A DNA stretch of 64,000 nt from the NCBI GenBank assembly GCA_013239625.1, contig MU056905.1, positions 21,003,552-21,067,551 of the forward strand, given 5' to 3'. Shown piece after piece: positions 1 to 12,904 of the stretch (the first letter of the stretch is position 1; every line of letters begins with the position of its first letter). The stretch is from Lama guanicoe. Taxonomy: Eukaryota. The notes under the pieces were generated by a model. That model ran no database searches and was not told the origin of the DNA. It was given only the letters and a program-made list of their open reading frames with translations. Position numbers and translations under genes: made by a program.

Positions 1-394
1 ACCAAACTACTTCCCTTCCCTTCCTACTCCCCTAGCTCCCTTGAGTTCTCTGTGCTCCCTGTTCAACATCTCACACTTTGTCTTTACCCACTCCTGCATC
101 ATGCACAAAACCCTAACAATTATGCTTCTAAAATGTCCTGTAATATTCCCTCTCTCCCATAGCCACTACTCTGACCAGATCTTCCATTGTTTATAAATAA
201 GGTGATTCTCCACCCTTTGGATACTTTCTCTTAGAACTATAACTTTTAGCTCACAGCTCCTCATCCTTCAGTTTTATTCAGATTATCTCTCTAAATGCAA
301 CCTTACCTTTCATTTGCATACAGGGAAACTCGTTTATCTCAATTCTACTTTGTTGTAAGACTTAAGGAGGGTTTCAGTCTGTCAGGGGATGTGC

Positions 395-530
395 ATAGAA
401 GGAGAGTGTGGACTATGGTGTTAGCTTTCATTGGGAGATCAAATCCTGCCTGAGCAAAATTAGCTACATCAGCTTAGGCTAATCTCCTTACCTCTGTAAC
501 CCCCACTTTTCTCATCTCCAAAAATGTCTA
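395..530 (+). mobile_element. MIR SINE
   Basis: CAAATCCTG...TTACCTCTGTAACCCCCACTTTTCTCATCTCCAAAAATG core. Confidence 0.6.
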
Positions 531-2429
531 TGATCAAGAACCCTCCATGAAGGAAATAAAGGCACTTGGAAATAGAGGGCTTTGGTTAGGGAGAGGGAAA
601 ATATAATTGGTGAACTTAGCAAGATTTTCACTCCAGGAGGGGCTGGAAGGCAGCCTGGAGGGGCTCACACAAGAATGGAAAGTGAGGAAGTGAGAAAAGC
701 AACCCTGCCTTTGCTTATGTAAAGCTTGGAAGAGAAAAAGGAACTGGAAAGAAGTTGATTCTCTCAGGACACTAGAGCATACCTCTAGGCCGAGAGGCAG
801 AAGCTGAAAGAGAGGGAAAGGGAGAAGGAGACTAACTGAACCAGGTCTCAGAAGGGCAGGAAGAAACAGATTCAAGGGCTTCCATTCCCTGAAGTCCTTG
901 TCACTGATAGGGTGTCCTGGCCTGACACCCAGAATCAGGAAGCTAGCCTGCTCACACTAAATGCTGATGGCTTTTTATGACTGGTTTTGGCTGTTCCCCT
1001 TTGTGCTTGAACATAAATATTTCTAAAAGAAGAGTATTTATATGTCATGTGGCACTAGTTGAGTCCAAAGGAAGTTGAGAGAAATAAAATGGACAGTATG
1101 TTTCCAGATCTCTGGGGATAGCGTGCTGTGGTGGTTGTCATTACCTTTCCTGAGGTCATCTCTCCAGGGACTCAGGCTATCCTGGCCTGAACAGGGAAGA
1201 GGAATGTTAGTCTTCATCTCCTTAAGGCTCATAGACCGTTCTTGGAAGTCTTGAACTTCGAATGTAACCAAAGAGAGGGCTGCTGGCGTCTTTGAGAAAT
1301 GAACTATCTGATCACCACCTCCTCAGAGCCTTTTCCAACTGGGAGCATGGTTAAGATCTAACTTACGCTCTGATAATTCATTAGAATTAATTGTTAATTG
1401 TTTCTCTGGCCCCCTTTAGCATCAACTGGGTAATTTTGTTTTGTTTTCCTCGAATTTGCTTACCTCAGCTCATCACTGGTCATTACAGGATACTTTCAGT
1501 TTTATCTTCTTTCCAGAAAAATTGTCCTTCTCAAACCTCTGACGGAAACCCATTAAAAGTATATACAGTATATAAGTAACAAATGGGCTGATTTAGAAAA
1601 TACTTGATTTTCAGTATAGGAAACAGCGTGACTTAAAGGGAAAGGCGGTGGAAATGAGAACAGACCAGTTTTTAAGTCTTTTATTTCCTTGCATTTTTAG
1701 GCTATTTGTAGTATGTCAAAAAAAAAAAGCCATTTCTAGTGTTTTTGAAAGCTGGAGGAATTCACATGAATTGATTTTCTAGAGCCTTGAAGCTTGCTCT
1801 TACGAGATTCGAAAACAAGTTTATATAAAATTTTGACCATTTGTTATGAAAACCTTCCTAGCATATATTATGTTTTCCTTCCTTGATATGTCATGTAACT
1901 GGACCTCTAATCTTTCCTTAATGGCTAAGATTTGTTTATTCAGGTCTCTGCAGGGATACCCCAGAGCTGATGAGTTGTCTAGACCTGCTTACCCTGGCAC
2001 AGAATGGCCTCAGGTGGCCATGCTTTTTGAGCCCTTGTGGCTATTCTGTATAGGATTTATCTCTTATATACAGCCATCAGGACACAATAAAAAACATTTA
2101 CTCTCATTTTAAACATAATTAAAATTATTCGGTCATCTGGATTTCTAGCCTGCAGCAGATAAGGGGCTATTGCTGTCCCAGTGTCTGTTTCTGGCAACAA
2201 TCCCATCTAAATCTCAGCTCAAAATCCATATGGGCTAAATACAAGGCACTGTGATAAACACAGCAATAAAGGTAGTTGTGTCTGAGAATTATGTAGCATT
2301 TTATAGAAATGCATCCTGCTTCTTTATTCCTAACACTATTTGGTCCCCACGAAAACCCAGTGAGAAATAAAAATAACGCTTATTGAACATCTGCCGTGTA
2401 CCAGGCACAGTGGTAAGCTTGTTATATTC

Positions 2430-3440
2430 ATCATTTCATTTACTCATTCAGCAAATTTTCACTGATTGGTTACTCTGTGCCAGACCCTGTTCTAAGCCCA
2501 GGGAATACTACAGGGAACAAAACTTCCTGCTCTCGTGTAGCTCATATATTTTAGGGGAGTGACAGATAACAATCAGCCAACCAAACAAATACATGGAACA
2601 TCCAATGGAAGAACTCTGGAGAAAAAGAAAGCAGGGAAGAAGGTAGGAAGTGCCAGGGGTGGAGGGCGGGAGCTATACTAAGCAGGGTGGTTAGGAAGGA
2701 TGCACTAAGAAGGTGACACTGGGAAAAGAATTTAAGGAGATCAGAGAACCACCCAAAGAGATTACCTAGGGAGAAAGCATTCTGGTCAGAGGATATAGCA
2801 AATACAAAGTCCCTGAGGTGGGAGTGAGATTTCTGTCCCAGGGGCAGCAAGGAGCCAGTGTAATTAAAATAGAGTGAGCAAGGAAAGAGTAGTAAGAGGT
2901 GGGGTCCTAGATGGTAAAGGGCCATTGAAAGGGTGTTGGTTTTTATTCTGAGGAAGAAGAAAAACATTGGAAGGTTTTTGAGCAGAGGAGTGGTAAGATC
3001 TGGCTATGTTTAAATAGGACTCCACTGACTGCTGTGATGAGAACGAACATAGGGAACAAGGATGGAAACAGAGAAACTAGTTAAGAGGCCATTACCTTAA
3101 TCCAGGAGAGAGATGCCAGAACCTTGGACTTGGAGGGTGATGATGTAGATGAGAAGAGCCAGGAATCAGATCATTTTGGAAATCTAGAGTCAAAAGAATT
3201 TGTTGATGGATCAGATGTAGGATTTGAGAGAAAAAGTGGTCAAGGAACACTCCAAGGTTTGTGGCGTGATCAATGAAAAGAATATTTCTATTCATGGAAA
3301 CAGCAAAGATAATGGGAGGAGCAAATGTGGAGGGAAAACATGAGATTTTTGTTTTGGACGTTGTTCACTTTGAGATGGCTTTTATACATTTAAATGGAAA
3401 TAACAAAGAGGCAGTGGATGTATACATCTGGAGTTTTGTT
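2430..3440 (-). mobile_element. L2 LINE 3' fragment
   Basis: TCATTCAGCAAAT...TACTCTGTGCCAGACCCTGTTCTAAG, TTTTGAGCAGAGGAGTG, TTTGAGATG: typical antisense L2 signature. Confidence 0.8.
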
Positions 3441-4639
3441 TTGTTTTTTTCAGATCTGGAGCAGGTGGGAGGGAATTGAACTACAGGTGGGAGAAGAAAA
3501 GTTAGCTTTGGAGAAAGAACATTTCTTTTTCCCCTAAGAGAGTTGCTTATTATTAGGAGAGGCTAGGTGAGAATACAAGGAAATAATAAGGCAGAGAAGA
3601 GGGAACATGGGGGAGCTCGTTTCAGGTGACCTCAGACTTGTAGATAAAGTATTCAGCAAGTGTTAGGAACACAGTATAACCTCTCAGGCAGAGTCTCCAA
3701 ATATGAAGCAAAAATGCAACTCCTAGCACTTACTGCAGACATCATTAATCAACCACAGCACTCTTCCCTGCTGATCCCAGATGCAGTCCCAAACTAGCAG
3801 TCCTCAGTTCAACACTTCTTGGTCCAATCAGTTAGATCTTGAAATGAAACCAATTGCCAGATCTACTCCTGAGTGAGCTCAAAGCTTCCCCCTTCACTCA
3901 CTCAACCTTGAAAAAGAAAAGAAGCTCTGATAAGAATCAAGTACAAAATGGAGTTGTCATGGACACAAAGCCAGGCTTCCTTAATAAAGGTGGCACTGGG
4001 AGTGGGAGTATAGAAGACATTATAAACAGAACTGGTTGACAGCCTTTTTCCTCTGTATCTTCACAGTCTTCTCTATCCAGTGGAAGTGGGCAGAGAGATT
4101 GCCTCCCCTTAAAAGGTCAACTGGGAACCTGTTTTTCATTATTTTCTTGAAATCTTGTCCCTGCTTTAAGCAGATTCATTTTAAGAGGCTTTGAGTCCGG
4201 GCCATTTATCCTTGAGCATATATAAACGTGCAGTTAGAGGAGGCAAGAAATTCTTCTGGACAGCTCAAGGAGGGCTTCCCAGAGAAAGGACATTTTGAGC
4301 ATTTTTCATGAGGTGGACCAATGAGAGAGGAAAAGGCTAGACAGAAAGGATGCATTTGAGGACATGTGCAAGGATGGGGAGAAAGGAGGCATCAAGGAAA
4401 GGTGGACCCATCACTGTAACTGAATTGCAAGGTATGTCGCACAAGGTGTGCTGTGGATTGGAAGCACATAAGCAAAACTAGAGAGGTAAATTGTCATCAG
4501 ATTTTTTAAAATATATCAAGGCTGTGATCCGGCTTGCAACAGGTAACTTTTTCAAAGCTGAAGAATGGCAAGAACATATTTTTTTTTTACAAGACAAATA
4601 TCCACTCATTTAAAGTCTTAAGATAAGCACTAGAGCTTC

Positions 4640-4770
4640 ACATGTTATTATTATCCCCCTTTTACAGATGAGGAATCTGAGGCATCAAAAGAGAAACCTG
4701 ATCCAAGGTAACCCAGATGGTGATTGACTGAAATCAGAATTTATAGTTGGGCCATCTAGCTTTATAAGTT
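4640..4770 (-). mobile_element. MIR SINE
   Basis: TTATCCCCCTTTTACAGATGAGGAATCTGAGGC core. Confidence 0.7.
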
Positions 4771-5269
4771 CTTTGGGACAAGACCCATGAGGGATTTTTT
4801 ATTTTTAATACTCCCCCCGCAAAAAGTCTATCATGGTACCTGACATATCTCAGGCACGCAATAATCTGCTAATATCAGCTGGAGACCTCTCTGTTTTACT
4901 TTAACACCCACAATCATCCTCCTCAATATCCTAAAATAGCCTTAGAGCAGTGTTTTACCTTGGTGATCAATGATGAGAGTCCTAGGAAATTTTGGCTGAG
5001 TGTTCAGTGCACACTAGGCACAGTGTTAATCTCTTAAAGTGCATTAACACATTCAGTCATCAAAATGGCCTTATGCAGTAGCTATCCATTTGTAGCTAAG
5101 GCTCAGAAAGGTTATATAACTTACTCAGAGTCACACACTAAGTTGCAGGGCTGGGATCTCCCCCAAAGTCTGGCAGCCTCCAGCATCTACTCCTCACCAC
5201 TCCCCCCACTGCCTCCTTGCAGGGATGCTCCTGCCTTTGCAGGCCCCAATGACAGCTTGCTTCCCCATG

Positions 5270-5478
5270 GGTCTCCATAGTGGAGCATAGATTTGCTAGG
5301 CTTCGGCTGGGCTGTTTTGTGCAGTGACCAAGGGCACACATTTTGTTAGACATTCGGCCTGAATAAGGGGCTCAGGCCTTTAGTCTGTGGCTGTGGAACA
5401 GAGAAAAGCTAACTGACCCAGAAGGGGATTGAACTTGTGACCTAGATTTCAGAGCACCAGGCTCTAACCCCTGGGCTG
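5270..5478 (-). mobile_element. Ancient tRNA-derived SINE, MamSINE1-like
   Basis: Reverse complement AGCCCAGGGGTTAGAGCCTGGTGCT...AGGTCACAAGTTCAATCCCC...GGGTCAGTTAGCTTTTCTCTGTTCCACAGCCACAGACT: tRNA A/B-box head plus the body I recall for MamSINE1. Confidence 0.75.
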
Positions 5479-5559
5479 CAGACACCACACCTCCAGAGGG
5501 CTGTTTTATGAGAGCCCTGCCTTGCATCTTAAATCTTGGGTCGCTTTTCCCCGACGCCC

Positions 5560-6140
5560 CCTCCTCATTGCTGAAGATTAAGAAACTGAGGTTCACGCAA
5601 GAGTAGAGTGAGAAGAAAATAAATCGTGATTTAAATTCATGCCTCTGGATGCGTTGCTTAGCCCACTGAACCCCTCTTTCTTCATCTCTGCCACCTCCAT
5701 TCTGTGATTTATTTCAGGCGATGGCCCTCTGTGTANNNNNNNNNNNNNNNNNNNNNNNNNNNNNNNNNNNNNNNNNNNNNNNNNNNNNNNNNNNNNNNNN
5801 NNNNNNNNNNNNNNNNNNNNNNNNNNNNNNNNNNNNNNNNNNNNNNNNNNNNNNNNNNNNNNNNNNNNNNNNNNNNNNNNNNNAAAAAAGTTGTCCATTC
5901 CCCTTTTTCAGCCCTCACACTTCAAATGCTAATGAAAAGTGTGTTGTCTTGGGCCGTGAATAGGTCTAAAATGCTCTGATTTGGAAGTATTTGCATACCC
6001 TCCTGAATAGGGAGGCAGCCAGCAGACAGGATTAGCGCTACACATCAACTCCTCCGAAAAGGAGCTGACAGCACTGGAGAAAATTGAGTGTCGGCAAGAG
6101 CCTGACTGTAGGATGAAGGGGGAGAAGTATCTTCTCCAGA
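5560..6140. promoter_or_regulatory. Candidate distal enhancer around N block 5736-5883
   Basis: Repeat-free; TGATTTAT 5705, ATGCTAATGA 5926, octamer ATTTGCAT 5989, GGATTA 6029, TGACAG 6066. Confidence 0.6.
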
Positions 6141-6289
6141 TACTCATCCTTTCCTTTCTCTCTTGAAAAAAAAGAAAATTAAGGGAAAAAAATGCGTAGA
6201 ATAAGCAAAAAAACAAAACAGAAACATAAACAAAAACCCCAAGTAAGGGAATTTGCAAAAAAGAGGGAAAAACCTTAACCTATCACTCA

Positions 6290-7085
6290 AAAACCACTTG
6301 TATATTTTTAATTGGGTAGTTCACCACATGCATGCAATTTTTAAATGGTTGGAATTGTTTTGCATTTTTGATGTTCATTTGACATTCTATAATGACTATT
6401 TTCTTTTAAATTTCTACGTAGCTTTATAAAATTTTAATTTTATTGGCTACTTAATCTTCTTTTGTTGTATAAGAAGTTTTTCTCTCTTAGTTACAGTAAG
6501 TATCTTCCCTGCTTGTGGGTTTTTGAATCTGTTGAGTTATGTCCTTAGGATAAATCCCTTAGTGGTTTTTTCAGGCCCAAATGATAATGGATTTTTTTTA
6601 TGTTTTTCTATGTTTTTCTTTATAGCTTTTTGTATAATTTATCCTTTGTGAATTACCATTTTAGAAGGATATCGGAAGTGTGTGAATTTTTCAGTTTCGC
6701 CTCAAACATACAATTTGTATGAATGTTAATCTTTAATGAATGTTCAAGTTTCTAAAGTCTTAACTTTTAATATAATTCAACATTTCTAAATAGATATTTT
6801 TGTTAATCAATTTCTTTTATTTCCATTTATATGATCACGAGCAAAGATTTCAAAAAATTTTATTTGTTTATTTCCCATTCGTATTTTCCCACGGATAAAC
6901 TACCTGTTCTTTGCTCATTTATTGAGTGGGATGGACTTCTTTTATAAACTTGAATGAGTCTTTGCGAATTTTAACATGAGCACTTCAGATGCAAATGTAT
7001 TGTTCCAGTCTGTTGCTATTTTATTATAGTTTCATTCTTTATTATTGTAAAAGTACTTTCGACTCTTTATATTTTCCAACCAACC
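6290..7085 (-). mobile_element. Highly degraded old L1 (L1ME-like) 3' fragments
   Basis: T-rich strand with L1 3'-end-like phrases (CCTTAGGATAAATCCC, TTTGCTCATTT). Confidence 0.5.
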
Positions 7086-8562
7086 TGTTTTGTGGTTTGT
7101 GATCCCAATAGATATTTCGTATGAAACAATGAGCTGCAGTCCAAAGGAAGACAGTGGATCAACTTACCCTGAAACCATAGGTGGAAGAAGCAGAGAGGGC
7201 ATGAGACTGCCGTGAGGAGAGAATTAAACGGAGCACATCTCCAAGCTCGGTATCTTGGATCTTATGACATACCTGCCCTTCTTGTCCTCCTGTAGAACTC
7301 AGTAGTCACCAGTCCATTGGTTGATTACAGGGCCACCTGATTTACACTCTCAAGGAATCCTGCTTTCTAGGTAAGGATGGCCAGGCCTCATTTCTCTGCC
7401 CATCTTTTTGCTAACATAACTTAGTTCGTATGAAAGAAGTTAACCATATTGCACTAAAGAACTATTTCTTGCTCGTAGTGAACTGCAGATTAAAGATCCT
7501 TCTGCTCTCTAATACCTAAAATAACAGCAAGCCACGTGCATGAAAAATGTATTCGATTTATGACAACCTTTTGCCATTAGAGCTTTAGAGATTAATCAAG
7601 GAAACCGTTCAGTACTTAAAAGTAGATTAGTTAGGCATCTGTCATCTCCTTTTTTGAGTTTTAGAATTGAAGTTTCTATCAGGGAAGCTCAGATGAAACA
7701 GGAATTCATTTTCTTCATTGTGAAAATCACATATATGGTTGCTTTAAAGTAACATTATCCACTACTGAGACAGCTATGAGGAGTTCTGAAGTCTGTCCCA
7801 AGAGATCTTTAAAAACAAGACAGCTACATACAAGTTTGTTAATGTGTAAGTGCAACTTTTCCTTAAAAGAAAAACCTTATTTGAAAGCTTTTAAAAACCA
7901 TTATCTTTTGACTTAGTGTATGTCATAAACTTCATGCCCTATAATAGCTTTTATTTATTTTGGAAGTTTTCTGAAGAGGCTTTTTTGTTTCCTTGTTTAC
8001 CTTGAACCAAGAAGGGCTATAAAAGGAGAAAAAATGCTAAGTGTTTTTTAAAAGCTCTCTCTACCTACTTACCTATCTCTCATCTCCCTGGTCTGTCGAG
8101 TGTGTGCACATCAGGACATATTCACTGAGCACCTAATATGTTCAGTGTTTTCTCCCACATACTTCAAGCACGCAAGTAGGTATCTCTTGCTCTCAAGGAA
8201 ATGAAAAGCTAGATTATAATGGTAGTATTTGCTACATACTAAATTAGTGGTGAAGGCAAGAGGTCAAGAGCAGGGCAGCTCAACATGTAGCACACAGGCT
8301 GGGACCAATACCCCAAATGTTGGTTCTGGTCTGAGGTGATATAAATTCAGAAACTGAAGATAAGCATTTAGAAACTTCTATAGAAATTTGACAGAGTGAT
8401 TTTATGCTTATTGAATCTCATAATTATGTCTTTGGCCTTGTATTTTGTGTGGCTTTGTTTTTTTTAAATTCCTTTTTCTAGTGATTTTTTTAAATTATAT
8501 TTTTGAAGAACAGAAGTAGATGAATGGTAATTTAACAAACAAGCCTGGTCCTTCACCCTGAG

Positions 8563-8620
8563 CATACACACACACACGTATATACAGACATGTGCATATA
8601 TATATATATATATGTATGTA
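8563..8620 (+). repeat. Mixed (CA)n/(TA)n microsatellite
   Basis: Read directly. Confidence 0.8.
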
Positions 8621-9084
8621 AGCAACCTGTCTGCAGAAGATTAGAGAAATACCCTATGGAAGAGCATGCATGTGGATTCCCCTTGTCCTCAGTTACTGTC
8701 AGAAAAGAAAGTTCTTCTTTTGAAACCCTGCCTCTTCTGTCTGTCTCTAAGAAATCTTGTCCCGCCTTTGTATATACAGAGGCTGTCATCTCTGGAGCTG
8801 TTGGTGTCACCATTCAGTCTTGAGGGTTTAAAGCCAAAGAATGAAAGTCACATTTACTGCTAAAGCACAGATATCTTATAAAAACCTTGAAGAATCAACT
8901 ATACTTCCATTTTTTTAAAAAAAGAGAAGAATGCTAGAAGAAAAATTTAGAAGATATACTGTCAAAGTTTGTTATATCATTTCCCAGACATTTGGGTGGA
9001 GAAATCACCCAAAGGGCAAATTCCCATTTTCATATTTGCCCGACAAACTTCCTATAAAGCTAAAGGAAAATTATTAAAAGTCCA

Positions 9085-9262
9085 TACCTTTATAAGATAT
9101 AATATAAATATATATTATAAATTGTACAAATATATATTATTAGATATTATGAATGTGTATTATACATTTTGTTATATTACATATACCACATTATTTTATA
9201 ATGTAGATTATATGTGATACAATATGATTAATTATATCATTTTATAGATTATTAATATTAAT
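9085..9262. repeat. AT-rich low-complexity tract
   Basis: TAT/ATA-dominated sequence. Confidence 0.7.
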
Positions 9263-9409
9263 ACAAGCATAGATTTATGGACTTTGGGAGTTGAAAGAGA
9301 TCTTCAAGTTTCTGCCAGGCATTTTGCAAAATGGAAATATTGTGAATAGTTAAAGAGAAAAAGCCTTCTGTGCTTAAATAAGTTTGGATAGCTTTGTGAT
9401 AAATGAAGT

Positions 9410-9512
9410 TCCTGCTGCTGGATTTCTCAGAGCCTTTATTAATATTTTCTGAACAAGAGGCCTCTGCATTTTTGTTTTGCTCTGAGTCCCACAGATTATG
9501 CAGCTAATCTTA
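9410..9512. mobile_element. MER45-like hAT DNA transposon fragment
   Basis: GAACAAGAGGCCTCTGCATTTTGTTTTGCTCTGAGTCCCACAGATTATGCAGC resembles the MER45 end. Confidence 0.55.
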
Positions 9513-9519
9513 CTGGAAA

Positions 9520-10600
9520 GGCTTAACTGTGAAGGGAACTTTGCATAGTACTTGAAGGAGGTAAGAGGAACAGAGGCTATGGGAGGAAGAGCATCCCGGT
9601 CAGAGGGACAAGCAAGTGCCCAGCCCCCAAATGGCAGCACACCCAGTGTGTTATAGGCACAGCAAGGAGAACAAGAAAAATGAGCAAGAGGGGAGGAAAA
9701 GCAGCTGAGATGGCAGTGGTGCAGGTTGGGGCAGAGAAGGGAGGACTAGCATAGGGCTCTGGAGGCCACTGTAAAAATTCTAGCTTTTCTGTGACTGGGA
9801 GGGAAACCTATACGAGGGAGGTTTTGAGCAGAGGAGTGACACGATCTGACTTACTTTCTAACAGGATTGTCTTTGCTTCAGTGTTTAGGGTAGATTCCAG
9901 CTGGGGTGTGAGGGTGGGGAGTGTGCAAGGAGAGCATTAAGGCCAAAGCAGGGAGAATCACTTCAGGGCTGACACAAACAAATAGAAGTAGAAGTAGCAG
10001 ATGGTCAGTTTTCTAATCTTCCTTTGTTTAGTCAACTTTTAGTGTGAATTGTGCAAGATGCCTTCACTTCCGTGTCCCTATGGACCTCTGTTATAATCCC
10101 TACTACGTTATTTTGAAACTATCTGTATACATGATCTGTACTACACTGTATGCACCTTGAGGGTTGGGACTGTGCCTTTCAATAGCTGGTTGAAGGAACT
10201 TGGTTCTGTTGCTTACCAGCTTTATAACCGCAGACAAATAAACGGTTTCACCTCCTTGAGCCTCAGTTTCCACATCTCTAAAAAGAGGTAATACAACTTC
10301 TTCCTTGGATTATTAGGAGAATTAACTATGCAGCACTTGGTACATGTTGTATATGATGCTGTTCCCTCTTCCTGGAACACTGTTCACCAGATATCTGCAA
10401 GGTAAATTTTCTTATCTCCTTCAAGAATCTGCTTGGATATCATCTTTTCAATGAATATCCCATTTCCCCAACCATCCTATTTAAATTGCAACACCCTCTA
10501 CCCCACCCTGCCTTCCCAATTCCCCTGTTTTGATTTTGATTTTATAGCACATATCACCTTCTAACATACCACAAAATTATTCATTATGTGCTATTCACTA
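9520..10600. mobile_element. Cluster of L2 (minus 9520-10015; plus 10050-10190 and 10355-10600) and MIR (plus 10200-10345) fragments
   Basis: TTTTGAGCAGAGGAGTGAC; GAGCCTCAGTTTCCACATCT; GCTGTTCCCTCTTCCTGGAACAC. Confidence 0.7.
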
Positions 10601-10809
10601 AGCTAGAAATTTGATATTTGGGACTCAAGGGAATGCTAGTTTAAAACAGCTTATGTCTGCTTACCTATTTGACCACTTGCTGAAGTGTGACATTTACATG
10701 TAATGCCTGAGGTTGGCTTCATTTGAAATAAGTCCTTGAACAGTACACCTTCTTAATTTTTGTTCCTGAAAAGCTAAATGAATACTTCCCAACAGACTGT
10801 GTGTAGGGT

Positions 10810-12767
10810 TATTTGCAAATGTTTGTCTCAACATTCTAGCGAGCCTGCCACTTTTGGTCATGGCTAGGTAGTTCCTGTATGACAAACCTTCCTGGAAATA
10901 GCAGCATAAACTCTGGAAAGAATATAAGAAACAATTACCTGAAGGCATTACTAAAATGGGCAGAATCTGTAGGGGGATTGACACTAGAGAAAGGAAATGG
11001 CACTGGGTGTGTTTTTCTGTCTTTATGGCAAGCCACAGTATTACTGGCTTGAAGAACTAGAGGACAGATTTCAGAGCAATTATAAGAAAGAGGGAGAGTC
11101 CCTGGATGAATAGAACAGGAAGACAGAGCCATAAACTCTGTGTATAAACTTTGATCAAGTCTCTGGCTGAACTCTAAACTATACATGCATAGTTTAGGTA
11201 AAAACTCCCAATAGTGCATCCAAAGCTAAAAGAACTGAACTAAAATTTCAGCTGGTGCTCACTGCAGTGAGACAAAATTTTGCAGCTAAGTTCAGCCAAG
11301 TTAACTGATAAAACAAACAAATAAAGAACAATACTTCTCAGAGGAATATAATACTATCAAGAGTCTAGACTATGTATTATTCACAATTTCCAGGATACAA
11401 CTCAAAATTACTTGACATTTTAAGAAACAGGAAAATGTGACTCATAGTGAAGAGACAACCAATGAAAACTGATTCTAAGATAACACAGATTTTGGAATTA
11501 GTGGACAGTAATTTTAAATCAGCTATCATCTTCATAATCTGAAGGACACAAAATATTAGCAAAAAAGAGAAGCCATAAAATTCAGATGGAAATTTTATAA
11601 CTGAAAAATGTAATATATGCAATATAAGTCACTGGGTAAGTTTAACATCAGATTGGAGATGAAAACAGTTAATTTGAAGATAAATGAATAGAAATATTTC
11701 AACATGAAAAACAATGATAATAAAGATTTAAAGTATGAGCAAAGCCTCAGAGAGTTGGAAGACACTATCAAAAGGTTTAATATACATGTAATTGAAGTCT
11801 CAGAAGGAAAGGAGAGCTAGAATAAGACATAAAATGTTGTGAAGAAATAATGACTGAAATTTTTCCAAATTTGATGAAAGACGCAAATTTATATATGTAA
11901 GAAACTCAGCCAATACCTAGCAAGATAAATAAAAAAATCATATCTAAGGATATTATAGGCAATTTTATGAAAACCTAAAATAAGAGAATATCTTGAAAGA
12001 AGCCAGATGAAAATGACACATATATACAGAGGAACAATGATTGGAATGCCATTGACATCTCATCAAAAATAATGGAGACCAGAAGATAGTAGAATACTTT
12101 TATAGCACTGGCAAAAAGGCCAATCCAGAACTTTATATCCTCCAAAAATGTGTTTCAAAAATCAAAGCAAAATAAAGACATTTTCAGATAAAAGAAAACT
12201 TAAGAGGATTTATTGGTAACACACATATGCCACAAGAAATGCAAGAGAAAATTGTTCAGGCTAAAGGAAAATGATGTCAGATAGAAATATTGACTTTTGG
12301 GAAATAATTAAGAGAACTGAAAATGAGAAATATGAGAAAAACTATGAAACATTCTTCCCTTTACATTCTTTAAAAATTTACCTGAGCTGGGGGAAGGGAT
12401 AGCTCAAATGGTAAAGCGCATGCTTAGCATGCATGAGGTCCTGGATTCAATCCCCAGTACCTCTTCTAAAAAATAAATAAGCCTAATTACCTTCCCCCCG
12501 GGGGAAAAAAACATTAAATAAACAAACAAACAAAATTTACGTGAGTAACTACAAATTTTAAACATTGTAATAAGCCGTTAGTAAGATGTTCTCTGTATTA
12601 TAGTGTTAGTAACATAACTACCATAGTGTATGTAGGACGGCTAAATTAATCTTTACATATGTACACATTTTGCATGAAGGTGCATTAACTCATAGTAGAC
12701 TATAAAGTGTGAAGGATATCTGTTGTAATTCATAGTGAACACTAAAAAAATAATGCAAAGAAGTATA
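10810..12767 (+). mobile_element. Old L1M element, 5' region and decayed ORF1
   Basis: A-rich strand with ORF1-like phrases (GAAGAAATAATGACTGAAATTTTTCCAAATTTGATG, AAAATAAAGACATTTTCAGATAA); no intact ORF. Confidence 0.8.
12387..12531 (+). mobile_element. Camelid tRNA-derived SINE inserted in an old L1
   Basis: GGGGGAAGGGATAGCTCAAATGGTAAAGCGCATGCTTAGCATGCATGAGGTCCTGGATTCAATCCCCAGTACCTC, A-rich tail, TSD AAAATTTAC(C/G)TGAG at 12373-12386 and 12532-12545. Confidence 0.88.
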
Positions 12768-12904
12768 NNNNNNNNNNNNNNNNNNNNNNNNNNNNNNNNN
12801 NNNNNNNNNNNNNNNNNNNNNNNNNNNNNNNNNNNNNNNNNNNNNNNNNNNNNNNNNNNNNNNNNNNNNNNNNNNNNNNNNNNNNNNNNNNNNNNNNNNN
12901 NNNN

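Noticed and set aside
7116-7435. Duplicated 11-mer TTCGTATGAAA about 310 bp apart
   Set aside because: No recognisable element between the copies; compatible with chance
12389-12465. tRNA gene-like sequence (also 41530-41603 and 5410-5478)
   Set aside because: These are tRNA-derived SINE heads followed by SINE bodies or A-tails, not intact cloverleaf genes
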